Shown here one piece after another: positions 12,405-24,780 of a DNA stretch of 64,000 nt (position 1 is the first letter of the stretch; each line of letters opens with the position of its first letter). Under the pieces are notes generated by a model. That model saw nothing but the letters and a program-made list of their open reading frames with translations. It searched no databases and was not told where the DNA came from. Origin of the DNA: Octopus sinensis (Eukaryota); contig NC_043020.1 of assembly GCF_006345805.1 (NCBI RefSeq), positions 11,160,001 through 11,224,000 of the forward strand, written 5' to 3'. The position numbers and the translations under genes were made by a program.

Positions 12405-13385
12405 GAAAATTAATTGATTAAAAACGAATTTATCAGATATCATGCAAGATAAAGCATCTTTTTGGTTTGAATGGCAGTTTTTTCTAGCGGTATCATATGA
12501 AATTGTCACCCATAATTATGACCCTAGTATCGATCTATTGCATTTCAATCTCTTTTAGGGTTAGGAGTGGGGGGGGGAAGAGTATCTTTTTTTCTTCACA
12601 AATGTAAGTAAACCCAATCTGTTTCTTAAACGAGGGACATATTCATACGGCACAGAATTTTTTTTACCTCAATAGACGTCATTGATTGGTTGAAATTGCA
12701 GAAATTGAGGGAAAAAAACACAACAAATATCTTACAAACTATAGAATTTTCTCAATAAAGCCAAGAGAAAAAGATGTTTTATAAACACATTCTACCAGTA
12801 TACGAAGTTTAAAAGTGTTTAGTTACGTGGAAATTATTTTAAAAAAAACTGCCGTTCAAACCGAAAAGATCCGAGATAAATTCTTAGTTTAAAGAAATTT
12901 ATGCACACACACACACACACACACACACTGTCTCTGTCTGTCACTCTCTCTCTCTCTCTTTCACACACACATTCACACGCACTCATATATACACATGCAC
13001 ACAGTTTCAACCGCATTTACACACACGCACGCAGTCTCGCACATGGCGAATCAAATAACGATTCCCGCCATTTCTAGCGCCCACCACTAACGTGGCTCAC
13101 GAATCCGCAGGCTTTCCTTATGTAAAAGCTTTTAGACATTACGCCAACCAACGACGTCAGAAAACCAACGACCATAAATACTTTCTCTAATTACTATCGT
13201 CGGATTCCAATCCGGTTTTCACAGCTAACAATTACCATAAAGTAGTCTCCCATTGACCACTATATGACTGATCCGAGTTACTTCCCTTTATACTTCTTTC
13301 CAATTCATTGATATTTCTGATTGAACGGCTGTTTCGATTACTTGATCCATTTATGACAAATGAGAATCTGATTATATTTTGAGTA
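12405..13385. repeat. Unclassified element with about 30-bp subterminal inverted repeats (Helentron-like?)
   Basis: atctttttggtttgaatggcagttttttt (about 12456) versus aaaaaaaactgccgttcaaaccgaaaagat (about 12841); internal microsatellite. Confidence 0.35.
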
Positions 13386-13763
13386 GGAAGCGCAATGGCC
13401 CAGTGGTTAGGGCAGCGGACTTGCGGTCGTAGGATCGCGGTTTCGATTCCCAGACCGGGCGTTGTGAGTGTTTATTGAGCGAAAACTCCTAAAGCTCCAC
13501 GAGGCTCCGGCAGGGGATGGTGGTGATCCCTGCTGTACTCTTTCACCACAACTTTCTCTCACTCTTACTTCCTCTTTCTGTTGTACCTGTATTTCAAAGG
13601 GCCGGCCTTGTCACTCTCTGTGTCACGCTGAATATCCCCGAGAACTACGTTAAGGGTACACGTGTCTGTGGAGTGCTCAGCCACTTACACGTTAATTTCA
13701 CGAGCAGGCTGTTCCGTTGATTCGGATCAACCGGAGCCCTCATCGGCGAAACCGACGGAGTGC
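13386..13763 (+). mobile_element. tRNA-derived SINE family C; other copies about 6705-7010-, 23195-23605-, 27422-27724+, 34717-34900+, 37032-37420-
   Basis: A box TGGCCCAGTGG, B box GGTTTCGATTCCC, shared body; two alternative 3' tails. Confidence 0.85.
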
Positions 13764-14093
13764 AAATAGATATAGATATTTTGAGTACTTTTTCTGTTTG
13801 TATGATCAACAAAAACAGTTTTAAAAATAAAAGAAGTATCTATTGACGATGAATATGTGAATGTAATTCCAGGTATGGAATATATATATACTTAATAATT
13901 AGGGTTCAGCAAAGATTTGCTTTACCACATACCGAAGTTTAGAAATAGCAGCCAAAACTTCGGTATGTGGTAAAGCAAATCTTTGCTGAACCCTAATTAT
14001 TAAGTATTACTCAAGTTTACCGTGAAATGCTCCTTTTTTCATGCTGAATTCTACTCGGTGAAATTATTGATTACTTCTTAATTAATTAGTTTT

Positions 14094-14221
14094 GATGAAG
14101 AGCGCGGCTATCCGCGTGAACTGATGCGAATTGCAGGACTCAGTGAACATCGACACCTCGAACGCACATTGCGGCCCCGGGATCCTATTGTCCCGGGGCC
14201 CCATCCTGTCGAGAGGCGGTC
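14094..14221 (+). rRNA. 5'-truncated 5.8S rRNA fragment (orphan pseudogene)
   Basis: GATGAAGAGCGC..GCGTGAA..GAATTGCAGGAC..TGAACATCGACACCTCGAACGCACATTGCGGCC and the GC-rich 3' hairpin match conserved 5.8S motifs; about 30 nt missing at the 5' end. Confidence 0.9.
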
Positions 14222-14351
14222 ACGACACGAAAACGCCGTCCGCCGTGGCCGTTGGCTGCGGCGGGGAGTCGGGAGTCGCAGGAAAGGGCACCGCTCGCCG
14301 CGAGGATGCGGCAGACGATTAAGAAGGAGGAGACTCGTTCTCGCTCCTTTT

Positions 14352-14352
<1 letters not shown>
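14222..14352 (+). other. Probable start of rDNA ITS2
   Basis: GC/CpG-rich sequence contiguous with the 5.8S 3' end, ending at a (TA)n run. Confidence 0.65.
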
Positions 14353-14394
<42 letters not shown>

Positions 14395-14395
<1 letters not shown>

Positions 14396-14791
14396 TAGCA
14401 GTATCGCCCGGCGTTGCTCGGGTTTGTAAGGGAAATAACTATATAAGCATTTTTAGAGAGTTATAGCCAAAAAGTAGCAAAAAAATGCATTAAAAATGGG
14501 AAAAAAATGATGGTAAATTTTTTTTAAATCGTTGACTCATCGTAGACATTTTTAGAGAGTTACTTCCCTTATATAATAGCGAAAAATGCATTAAAATGGG
14601 AAAAAAATGATGGTAAATTATTTTAAAAATCGTAGACTCATCGTAGACGCGCGCTAATACCCAGAAGGGCTCGATATGAATCACGACTATAAGATACCCG
14701 CTTTTAGTTACACTACACCGCAAAATGTGGGAGTAGTTAGGAATCTAAATCGTAGGAGACAGACACACAACTTTAGTTTTATATATAAAGA
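14395..14791 (-). mobile_element. Non-autonomous Helitron
   Basis: 5' TC, 3' CCCG-AGCAACGC-CGGG hairpin then CTAG, inserted between A and T. Confidence 0.8.
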
Positions 14792-14911
14792 TATATATAT
14801 ATTATATCAATAATAACAAAGGATAAAATTAATTAATTAAGAAGTAATCAATAATTTCACCGAGTAGAATTCGGCATGAAAAAAGGACCATATCATGGTA
14901 GACTTAAGTAA

Positions 14912-16500
14912 TCTATATATATAAAACTGTAGTTGTGTGAGTGTCTGTCCCCTTCGATTTAGATTCCTAACTACTCCCACATTTTGCGGTGCAGTTTAAC
15001 CAAAACCGGGTATCTTATAGTCGTGATTCATATCGAGCCCGTCTGGGTATTAGCGCGCGTCTACGATTTTAAAAATAATTTACCATAATTTTTTTCCATT
15101 TTAACGCATATTTTTTAAATAAAGGGAAGGCGGCGGAGTTGGCATCCATGGTCACACCTGCACCTGTGTTGCTTCTCCCCCTTCTTCCCTCCCTCGTGAA
15201 GCTGTGGGGAAGGGAGTGTAAGGAAATCAACGTCGTAAAGCGTTGTCAAGGAGACCAGCGTTCTTTTAGAACAACGACTTCATGGCTTGAAGTCGCCAAC
15301 ACAGAAATGGCTAAGAAAGCCCGAAAGCAAATTCTACAAAATCGGGAAACACGCCACACAGGGAAGGTTTCCCGTGCAAATAATTTGCACAACCGAATGT
15401 TATAGTTGTTGCACAACTTTTACTTAAATTATCCAAACACAAACTTTTGAAGGTAATATTGTATGGCGATCGTACTTGTGAAATATGGTAATGGATTTAG
15501 TAGCCAAAAGGAGAGAGCAGAGGCATGGTGGTGGAGGCGGTGGTAGTGGCAGCGGTGGTGCTGGTAGTGGTGATGGTGGTCGTGGTCGTAGTGGTCGTCG
15601 TGTTTGTGGTGGTGGTGTTGTTGTTGGTGGTGGTGGTGGGGGTGGTGATGATGGTGGTGGTGGTGGTGGTCGTCGTTCGTGGTCTTCGTGATGGTGGTGG
15701 TGATGGTCATGGGCGTAGTGGTGATGGTGGTCATGATGGTAGTGGTGATGGTGTTGGTCGTGGTGGTGGTGGTGGTGGTGGCGGTGGCTGAAGCTGTCGT
15801 CTGGATTCTTCCAATTTTTTCGTGTGTCGGTGGCGGCGTTGGCGTTCATGCTCGCACCTGCACCTGTGTAGCTCCTCCCCTTCTTCCCTCCCTCGTGAAG
15901 CTGTGGGGAAGGCAGGGTAGGGAAATCAACGTCGTAAAGCGTTGTCAAGGAGACCAGCGTTCTTTTAGAACAACGACTTCATGGCTTGAAGTCGCCAAAA
16001 CAGAAATCGCTAAAAAAGCTGAAACAGATCCACAAAAACGGCGAAAACCGCCACACAGGGCAGGTTTCCTGTGCAAACAATTTGCACAACCGAATGTTTT
16101 AGTTGTTGCACAAATCTTTATATATAAAAGTGAAGTTGTGTGTCTGTCTCCTACGATTTACATTCCTAACTACTCCCACATTTTGCGGTGCAGTGTAACC
16201 AAAACCGGGTATCTTATAGTCGTGATTCATATCGAGCCCTTCTGGGTATTAGCGCGCGTCTACGATGAGTCTACGATTTAAAAAAAAAATTACCATCATT
16301 TTTTCCATTTTAATGCATTTTTCGCTATTATATAAGGGAAGTAACTCTCTAAAAATGCATACGATGAGTCAACGATTTAAAAAAAAAATTACCATCATTT
16401 TTTATTCCATTTTTAATGCATTTTTTTTCTATAACTCCCTAAAAATGCTTATATAGTTATTTCCCTTACAAACCCGAGCAACGCCGGGCGATACTGCTAG
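14912..16500 (+). mobile_element. Composite non-autonomous Helitron (second 5' TC at 16115)
   Basis: 5' TC at 14912, hairpin plus CTAG at 16500; the flanks rejoin at A^T into the reverse complement of the 13960-14092 arm. Confidence 0.75.
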
Positions 16501-17259
16501 TACTTAATAAATAGGGTTCAGCAAAGATTTGCTTTGCCACATACCGAAGTTTAGAAATAGCAGCCAAAAACCGTTAGCTATAAAACTTCAGTATGTGGTA
16601 AAGCAAATCTTTGCTGAACCCTATTTATTAAGTATGTGTATATATATATATATATATATATAGCTACTGGCATGAGATATGAGTTCCAGGATGGTGACCT
16701 CTTTTAGGATGGGGGCATATAGTGAAGAAAGGATGGGGTGCGGTCATCACTAAAATGATATATTTCTTTATCACCCACAACGGGGCTAAACATAGAGGGG
16801 ACAAACAAGGACAGACAAAGGGATTAAGTCGATTACATCGACCCAGTGCGTAACTGGTACTTAATTTATCGACCCCGAAAGGATGAAAGGCAAAGTCGAC
16901 CTTGGCGGAATTTGAACTCAGAACATAACGGCAGACGAAATACCTATTTCTTTATTACCAACAAGGGGACAAACAAGGACAGACAAAGGGATTAAGTCGA
17001 TTACATCGACCCCAGTGCGTAACTGGTACCTAATTTATCGACCCCGAAAGGATGAAAGGCAAATTCGACCTCGGCGGAATTTGAACGCAGAACGTAACGG
17101 CATACGAAATATGGCTACGCATTTCGCCCGGCATGCTAACGTTTCTGCCAGCTCGCCGCCTTCTATTGTTTTATATTATTGTTATAGTCGTGTATTGACA
17201 GTCAAGCGGAACAGACGACACATAGTCACGTCGATAATGATAATAATGATGATGATGAT

Positions 17260-17700
17260 GATGATGATGAAGGGGAGGAAAAGGAATAAGTGGGTAGAGT
17301 AAAGAGAAGTGGAAGCGTAGTAGTAGGAGGTGTAGAAGTGGGGATCAGGTACTGCAACTGGTGATGATGATGATGATGAAGGGGAGGAAAAGGAATAAGT
17401 GGGTAGAGTAAAGAGAAGTGGAAGCGTAGTAGTAGGAGGTGTAGAAGTGGGATCAGGTACTGCAACTGGTGATGATGATGATGATGAAGGGGAGGAAAAG
17501 GAATAAGTGGGTAGAGTAAAGAGAAGTGGAAGCGTAGTAGTAGGAGGTGTAGAAGTGGGATCAGGTACTGCAACTGGTGATGATGATGATGATGAAGGGG
17601 AGGAAAAGGAATAAGTGGGTAGAGTAAAGAGAAGTGGAAGCGTAGTAGTAGGAGGTGTAGAAGTGGGGATCAGGTACTGCCACTGGTGATGATGATGATG
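17260..17700. repeat. Minisatellite, four about 108-bp units
   Basis: aggggagg anchors at 17271, 17380, 17488, 17596. Confidence 0.95.
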
Positions 17701-18351
17701 ATAGCAATTTCTATCAAAGAGACATGGCTTAACAAGAGTTGTACATCATCTCCCCCCTCTCTCTTTTATTATTACTCCCACTGCCACCATCAACACTACT
17801 ACTATTAATAAAAACATCATCAACTCTTCGTAGATTTCTTTGTCTCTCTCTTTCTCTCCCTCTCTTTTTCTTTCTCACTCCCTCTCTGTCTGTCTGTCTT
17901 TACCATCGCCCTCACCGTCTCTGTGCCTACTATTACTCTCACCCAATCACCAGGAATAGATCAAGTCATTGCTATAAACCGATTATATATTTCTTTACTA
18001 CTCACAAGGGGCTGGACAAACAAGGACAGACAAAGGGATTAAGTCGATTACATCGACCCCAGTTCGTAACTGGTACTTAATTTATCGACCTCGAAAGGAT
18101 GAAAGGCAAAGTCGACCTCGGTGGAATTTGAACTCAGAATGTAACGACAGACGAAATACCGCTAAGCATTTCGCCCGGCGTGCTAACGTTTCTGCCAGCT
18201 CGCCGCCTGACTTGATCAATTCCTAGCGTTATCTGAAGATGGAATTTTTATATTCCAAAATATTTTTATATCAGACTATGGATAAATAAATTATAACAGT
18301 TATTATAGTCCACTCTGCATTGTTTGGCCATTCGAGATACATTATATTTTA

Positions 18352-18895
18352 AATAATAATAATGAAATTATTGTATACAGTGCTCAGGTGCACCACAACT
18401 TGTCAGAAAGTGTGTATAAAGTACATGCAGTAATGTAGAAATGTCTGGAAAGCGAACAATGTATGAGTCAGATACATGCTTGTGTGTGTATGGAGGGAAG
18501 GAAATCAGGTGTAGTGTTGGCGAATCTCAGAAAGCATGGAAGTTTCGAAGGATGCAGTGCTCCGACAACTAACAACTGATGCCGGCAGTTTGTTCCATGC
18601 TTCAGCAACTCTCAGCGTGAAAAAATGTTTCCTAAAGTCATAGGAGCTGTGCTGTTTTCTGACTTTGTAAATATGTCCACGGGTGTTAGACGGGTGGAGT
18701 TTGAAAAGGTGCTCAGAGTTATTGTTTGTAAGATGGTTGATAATTTTATGGGTGTCTGCCGAGTCAGCTGCCAGACGTCGGAGTTTCAATGTGTCCATGC
18801 CCAGGGAAGTAAGGCGTTCAGAATATGGCAAATGGCTGATGGAGGGTATTCTTTTAGTTGCACGTCGCTGAACGGCTTCCAGACGATTAATATCG
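18352..18895 (-). pseudogene. CR1/L2-group LINE 3' fragment
   Basis: YSERLTSLGMDTLKLRRL...TRGH...RKHFFTLRVAEAWNKLP; ATT tail. Confidence 0.9.
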
Positions 18896-18910
18896 TGGGC
18901 AAGATATCTA

Positions 18911-19767
18911 TCTATATATATAAAACTCTAGTTGTGTGAGTGTCTGTCCCCTTCGATTTAGATTCCTAACTCCTCCCACATTTTGCGGTGCAGTTTAACC
19001 AAATTCGGGTATCTTATAGTCGTGATTCATATCGAGCCCGTCTGACTATTAGCGCGCGTCAACGATGAGTCTACGATTTTAAAAATAATTTAACATAATT
19101 TTTTATTCCATTTTAATGCATAAAATGCATCGTGTGTCGATGGCGGTGGAGTTGGCGTCCACGCTCACAGCTGCACCTGTTTGCTTCTCCCCCTTCCCTC
19201 CCTCGTGAAGCTGTGGGGAAGGGAGTGTAAAGAAATCGCCGGGCGATACTGCTAGTATATATATAAAACTGTAGTTGTGTGAGTGTCTGTCCCCTTCGAT
19301 TTAGATTCCTAACTACTCCCACATTTTGCGGTGCAGTTTAATCAAATTCGGGTATCTTATAGTCGTGATTCATATCGAGCCCGTCTGGGTATTAGCGTGC
19401 GTCTACGATGAGTCTACGATTTTAAAAATAATTTAACATCATTTTTTATTCCATTTTAATGCATATTTTTTCGTGTGTCGATGGCGGCGGAGTTGGCGTC
19501 CATAGTCACACCTGCACCTGTGTTGCTTCTCCCCCTTCTTCCCTCCCTGGTGAAGCTGTGGGGAAGGGAGTGTAAAGAAATCAACGTCGTAAAGCGTTGT
19601 CAAGGAGACCAGCGTTCTTTTAGAACAACGACTTCATGGCTTGAAGACACCAAAACAGAAATGGCTAAGAAAGCCCGAATTGGCATCTATAAGGGAAGTA
19701 ACTCTCTAAAAATGCTTATATAGTTATTTCCCTTACAAACCCGAGCAACGCCGGGCGATACTGCTAG
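18911..19767 (+). mobile_element. Two head-to-tail non-autonomous Helitrons (18911-19255, 19256-19767)
   Basis: Both end gggcgatactgCTAG; shared 5' module. Confidence 0.8.
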
Positions 19768-20343
19768 TATTTATATATGATTGCAAACCAAATGTGGCAT
19801 CCTATACAGCAGGTTAGCGACACATTCTGTGTCCAATTAGTATCTGCAAGGGGAGGTCGTTGCTCACATCGCTAGCTTTACGTGATACACGTAGACTCTA
19901 GTTTCATGGTTACCTGTCCTCGGTGTGTGTGAATCACCGCGACTGACTGTCTCTGGTTTTGAGAACAGGAGAAACAAACAATGTTAAATCTCTGAATGAG
20001 ATATAAACGGTAATAATACGGTATTGTAACATAATTGCCTGGCCAGCGGGAGGAGACGTCTTCACAGGGTTATAAACATCAGTAGCACTCTTCTGCACAG
20101 GATGCCATGCTTCGTTAGTAATTATACGTTAAGATTCCGTATTGCTACTCTTTTACTTGTTTTCTGTCATTTGACTGTGGCCACGCTGGGGCACCACCTT
20201 TAGTCGAGCAAATCGACCCCAGGACTTATTCTTTGTAAGCCTAGTACTTATTCTGTCGGTCTTCTTTTGCCGAACTGCTTAGTTACGGCGATGTAAACAC
20301 ACCAGAATCAGTTGTCAAGCGATGTTGTGGGTACAAACACAAG

Positions 20344-20428
<85 letters not shown>

Positions 20429-20967
20429 TATATGGTGGGCTTCTTTCAGTTTCCGTCTACCAAATCCACTCACAAGGCTTTGGTCGGCCCAAGGCTATAG
20501 TACAAGACATTTGCCCAAAGTGCTACGCAGTCAGTAAGCACGCTACTTACCACACAGCCACTCCTGCGCCTATACTGCTTATGTCTCGCTCAGAGATTTA
20601 ATATAGCTTATTTCTCCATTTTGGGATCAGCGACTGTTTGTCGCTGAAGAAAGCAGATAGTATTTTGCGAGTGGAGTGAATTTTCATCCACCCAGAAACT
20701 CGAGTCCATGTGTATCACATGAGGCTAGAGATGGGAGCGATGACCTCCTCTTGCAAATACTAATCGGACACAGAATGTGTGTTGCTCAGCAGCTAGTAGA
20801 GATGTCTTCCTGGGGCTATAAACGTCATTAGCACTGTCCTGTATAGGATGCTATGCTACTGTTTATATATTGCTTAGAGATTTAATATAGCCTATATATA
20901 TGTGTGTATGTATGTATGCATATATTTATCTGTGTGTGTGTGTGTGTATATATATGTATGTATATGA

Positions 20968-21048
<81 letters not shown>

Positions 21049-21049
<1 letters not shown>

Positions 21050-21560
21050 TAGCAGTATCGCCCGGTGTTGCTCAGGTTTGTAAGGGAAATAACTATATAA
21101 GCATTTTTAGAGAGTTACTTCCTTTATAGATGCCAATTCGGGCTTTCTTAGCCATTTCTGTTTTGGTGTCTTCAAGCCATGAAGTCGTTGTTCTAAAAGA
21201 ACGCTGGTCTCCTTGACAACGCATTACGACATTGATTTCCTTACACTCCCTTCCCCTCAGCTTCACGAGGGAGGGAAGGGGGAGAAGCAAACAGGTGCAG
21301 CTGTGAGCGTGGACGCCAACTCCGCCGCCATCGACACACGAAAAATTATGCATTAAAATGGAATAAAAAATGATGTTAAATTATTTTTTAAATCGTAGAC
21401 TCATCGTAGACGCGTGCTAATAGTCAGACGGGCTTGATATGAATCACGACTATAAGATACCCGAATTTGGTTAAACTGCACCGCAAAATGTGGGAGGAGT
21501 TACGAATCTAAATCGTAGGAGACAGACACTCACACAACTACAGTTTTATATATATATAGA
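21049..21560 (-). mobile_element. Non-autonomous Helitron
   Basis: Near reverse complement of 19256-19767; TC and hairpin-CTAG termini. Confidence 0.8.
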
Positions 21561-21673
21561 TACAATAATATGTTACATTACTCGATAGTCAAGATAAAAC
21601 TGAGTTTCAGATGCCAAAGTGGAAATCCACAACACCATATTTGAAAACGCTATCCTAGCGTTTTCAAATAGCC

Positions 21674-21734
21674 AGATAACCGAAGAGATGGTGTTGTGGA
21701 TTTCCACTTCGGCATCTGAAACTCAGTTTTATCT
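21674..21734 (+). ncRNA. Hammerhead-like motif with U4C core change
   Basis: Stem I agataa/ttatct, CCGAAGA, stem II gatg...catc, GAAAC-tca-GTT. Confidence 0.55.
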
Positions 21735-22679
21735 TGACTATCGAGTAATGTAACATATTATTGTATAGATAAATTTCCTCTATTTACATAATATTGAAGT
21801 CTCTTTCTTTCTTTTGTTATCTTACCGTTTTACCAATATATATATATATATATCATCATCATCATCATCATCATTTAACATCTGCTTTCCATGCTAGCAT
21901 GGGTTGGACGGTTTGACCGGGATCTGGTAAGCCATGGAGGCTGCACCAGACTCTAGTCTGATCTAGCAGTGTCTACAGCTGGATGCCCTTCCTAACGCCA
22001 ACCACTCCGTGAGTGTAGTGGGTGTTTTTTACATGCCACCGGCACAGGGGCCAGAGCAGGCTGGCAAACGGCCACGATTGGTTGGTACTCCGTGAGTGTA
22101 GTGGGTGCTTTTTACGTGCCACCAGCACGGGCCAGAGCAGGCTGGCAAATGGCCATGATCGGTTGGTGCTTTTATGTGTCACTGACATGGACGCCAGTCA
22201 GGTAGCGCTAGTATCTGCCACGTTCGGACGGTGCTTTTTACGTGTCATCCACATGGGTGTCTTAACTACAATTTCCATTTGAATTTGTAGTTAAGACAAT
22301 TTCAAATGGAAATTGTAGTTACGACACCCGTGCAGGTGACATGTAAAAATAAATATATATCGCGGGCATGGCTGTGTGGTTAGGGAGCTTGCTTCCTAGC
22401 TACATGGTTTCGGGTTCAGTCCCACTGCGTGGCACTTTGGGTAGGTGTCTTCCACTATAGCCTGGAGCCGACCAAAGCTTTGTGAATTCGGAAGGCGGAA
22501 GTTACTGCCGTGTGTGTATGTGTGCATACGCACTCCTAGAAATCAAAAGCAAGATCACATCCTGTTATGAAAAGAAAGAGAGAGGGTATGTATGTTTGTA
22601 TGTATGTATATATATATATGGCCCAACATCCTGTGCATGCAAGATATTGACCTGAAATTTGGTCACTTTATGTCAACAG

Positions 22680-24780
22680 TGCATGCACTAAATGCACTCC
22701 GCAAAGAAAGGTCAACATACTAACTAACAAGGTTCCCAGGGAAAGAGCAATCCTGATGAGATGCATATCAATGTTCTCAAACCAGCTGAATAGACAACTG
22801 AGGGATAGGAAGAAGTCTATTGTAATACACGCACTCCTAGAAATCAAAAGCAAGATCACATCCTGTTATGAAAAGAAAATAGAAGAGAGGTAGAGTACAG
22901 AGCTGTGGAAAGCATAAAAACAAACCATAAAGCTTTCTATAAATTTGCAAATGAAACACCGACAATCCAATATAAAATAAGACCATTGTTCCAAGGGAAT
23001 GATTCATTAAGTGCAGACCCAGAAAGGATCAATGTAAGTACTCAGTGAACAGTTTAAAGGCGTCCTGACTTCTGTTGTTTGTTCCTTCTCGAGCCATGCC
23101 TGGCTCATAAGGGCCCGTTTCCTGGTTTCCTTGGCGTATAGGTTCTCCACCTGGACGGGACGTCGGTCTGTCGCAGGTGAGCTGCAAGATGCAGGAGGAA
23201 AGAGTGAGAGAAAGTTGTGGCCCGGTCTGAGATTTGAACCCGCGATCCCTCGACCGCGAGTCCGCTGCTCTAACCACTAGGCCATGTGCCTCCACACCAT
23301 TGTTCAGTTACTATTGTATGTGGCACAAACACAGACACAAAGACATTTCCCGGTTTCTTGGCGTATAGGTTCCCCACCCGGATGGGACATCGGTCTGTCA
23401 CAGGTGAGCTGCAAGATGCAGGAGGAAAGAGTGAAAGAAAGTTGTGGCGAAAGAGTCAGCAGAAGTTCGCCATTACCTTCTGCTGTAGCTGTGTGGAGTT
23501 TAGGTGTTTCGCTCATAAACACACACATCGTCCGGTCTGAGATTCGAACCCGCGATCCCTCGACCACGAGTCCGCTGCTCTAACCACGAGGCCATGTACC
23601 TCCACTCACTTCTATTGGATGCATGCAGATAAAAAACCTGGCTGGATTCTTTGATATTGCAGCTCTAAAAAAAGGAGGTGCCATCCATCACGAGTCCGCT
23701 GCTCTAACCACGAGGCCATGTACCTCCACTCACTTCTGGCTGGATTCTTTGATATTGCAGCTCTAAAAAAAGAAGGTGCCAACCATCAGTTACAACAACA
23801 TTGAGGAGACAGGTGTAACAGTGGCTCTGAAATTAGTCCTGATGGCTTCCCAGCTACTCTGAAGTCATGTAAGCTGGCTTTAGCGAACGAAACCACTTTA
23901 GATATTTTTTCCAAAGTTTTCTTGCAAGTGGTAAACTTTCTAAAAAGCTAACAGAAGGCATTATATACCCTGTCCACAGGGATGGAAGCAGAGCAGAGGC
24001 CGAAAACTACAGGCCAATCTCTCTGACTTCACATGTCAGTAGGGTCATGGATTAAATCATCAGAAAGAAGCTGATAGTGTTCCTAGAAGAAAATGACCTT
24101 CTGAACAATACACAGCATGGCTTTCGTCCAGAGGGAGGCTGCCTCACACAGCTTTAAGGACACTTTGGCTGGGTTTTGAAACAGCTGTTTGACCATTCAG
24201 ATGTCATCGTGATATACCTATTTCTTTATTACCCACAAGGGGCTAAACATAGAGGGGACAAACAAGGACAGACATAGGTATTAAGTCGATTACAAGGGGC
24301 TAAACATAGAGGGGACAAACAAGGACAGACATAGGTATTAAGTCGATTACAAGGGGCTAAACATAGAGGGGACAAACAAGGACAGACATAGGTATTAAGT
24401 CGATTACAAGGGGCTAAACATAGAGGGGACAAACAAGGACAGACAAACGGATTAAGTCGATTACATCGACCCCAGTGTGTAACTGGTACTTAATTTATCG
24501 ACCCCGAAAGGATGAAAGGCAAAGTCGACCTCGGCAGAATTTGAACTCAGAACGTGACGGCAGACGAAATACGGCTACGCATTTCGCCCGGCGTGCTAAC
24601 GATTCTACCAGCTTGCCGACCTTGACTTTGCAAGGGCATTTGATAAGGTAGATCATGTCATGATGTGTCATGAACCGCGTGACCTTAGCATTGTTGGTAA
24701 ACTGGGAGAGTGGCTGCATGACTTCCTTGAAGATGGAGGTCAGGCAGTTGCAGCCACTGGGGAAGCTAAAATCCTGGGAA
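22680..24780 (+). pseudogene. Fragmented CR1-group LINE, linker plus RT domains 1-3
   Basis: NKVPRERAILMR, AVESIKTNHKAFYKFA, PDGFPA, ENYRPISLTS, QHGFRP, YL|DFARAFDKVDH split by a SINE at about 24221-24620. Confidence 0.85.
24229..24440. repeat. About 59-bp tandem duplications inside a SINE-B copy
   Basis: acaaggggctaaacatagaggggacaaacaaggacagac repeated four times. Confidence 0.9.

Noticed and set aside
13386-13460. tRNA genes (also 5183, 27422, 34717, 62550 and SINE-A/B heads)
   Set aside because: They have A/B boxes but continue into shared SINE bodies and lack a clean acceptor stem.
14094-14352. Functional rDNA unit
   Set aside because: The 5.8S is 5'-truncated and there is no 18S or 28S nearby.
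15424-16281. Long His/Pro/Gly/Val-rich ORFs
   Set aside because: Translations of (GGT)n and Helitron internal repeats.
17260-17700. CRISPR-like arrays (also 24229-24440, 54463-54637, 11040-12050)
   Set aside because: Contiguous tandem units with no unique spacers, no cas genes, eukaryotic context.
22751-22795. CTGATGA hammerhead-like core
   Set aside because: Encodes ILMR within the CR1 linker frame; GAAA and stem I are absent.
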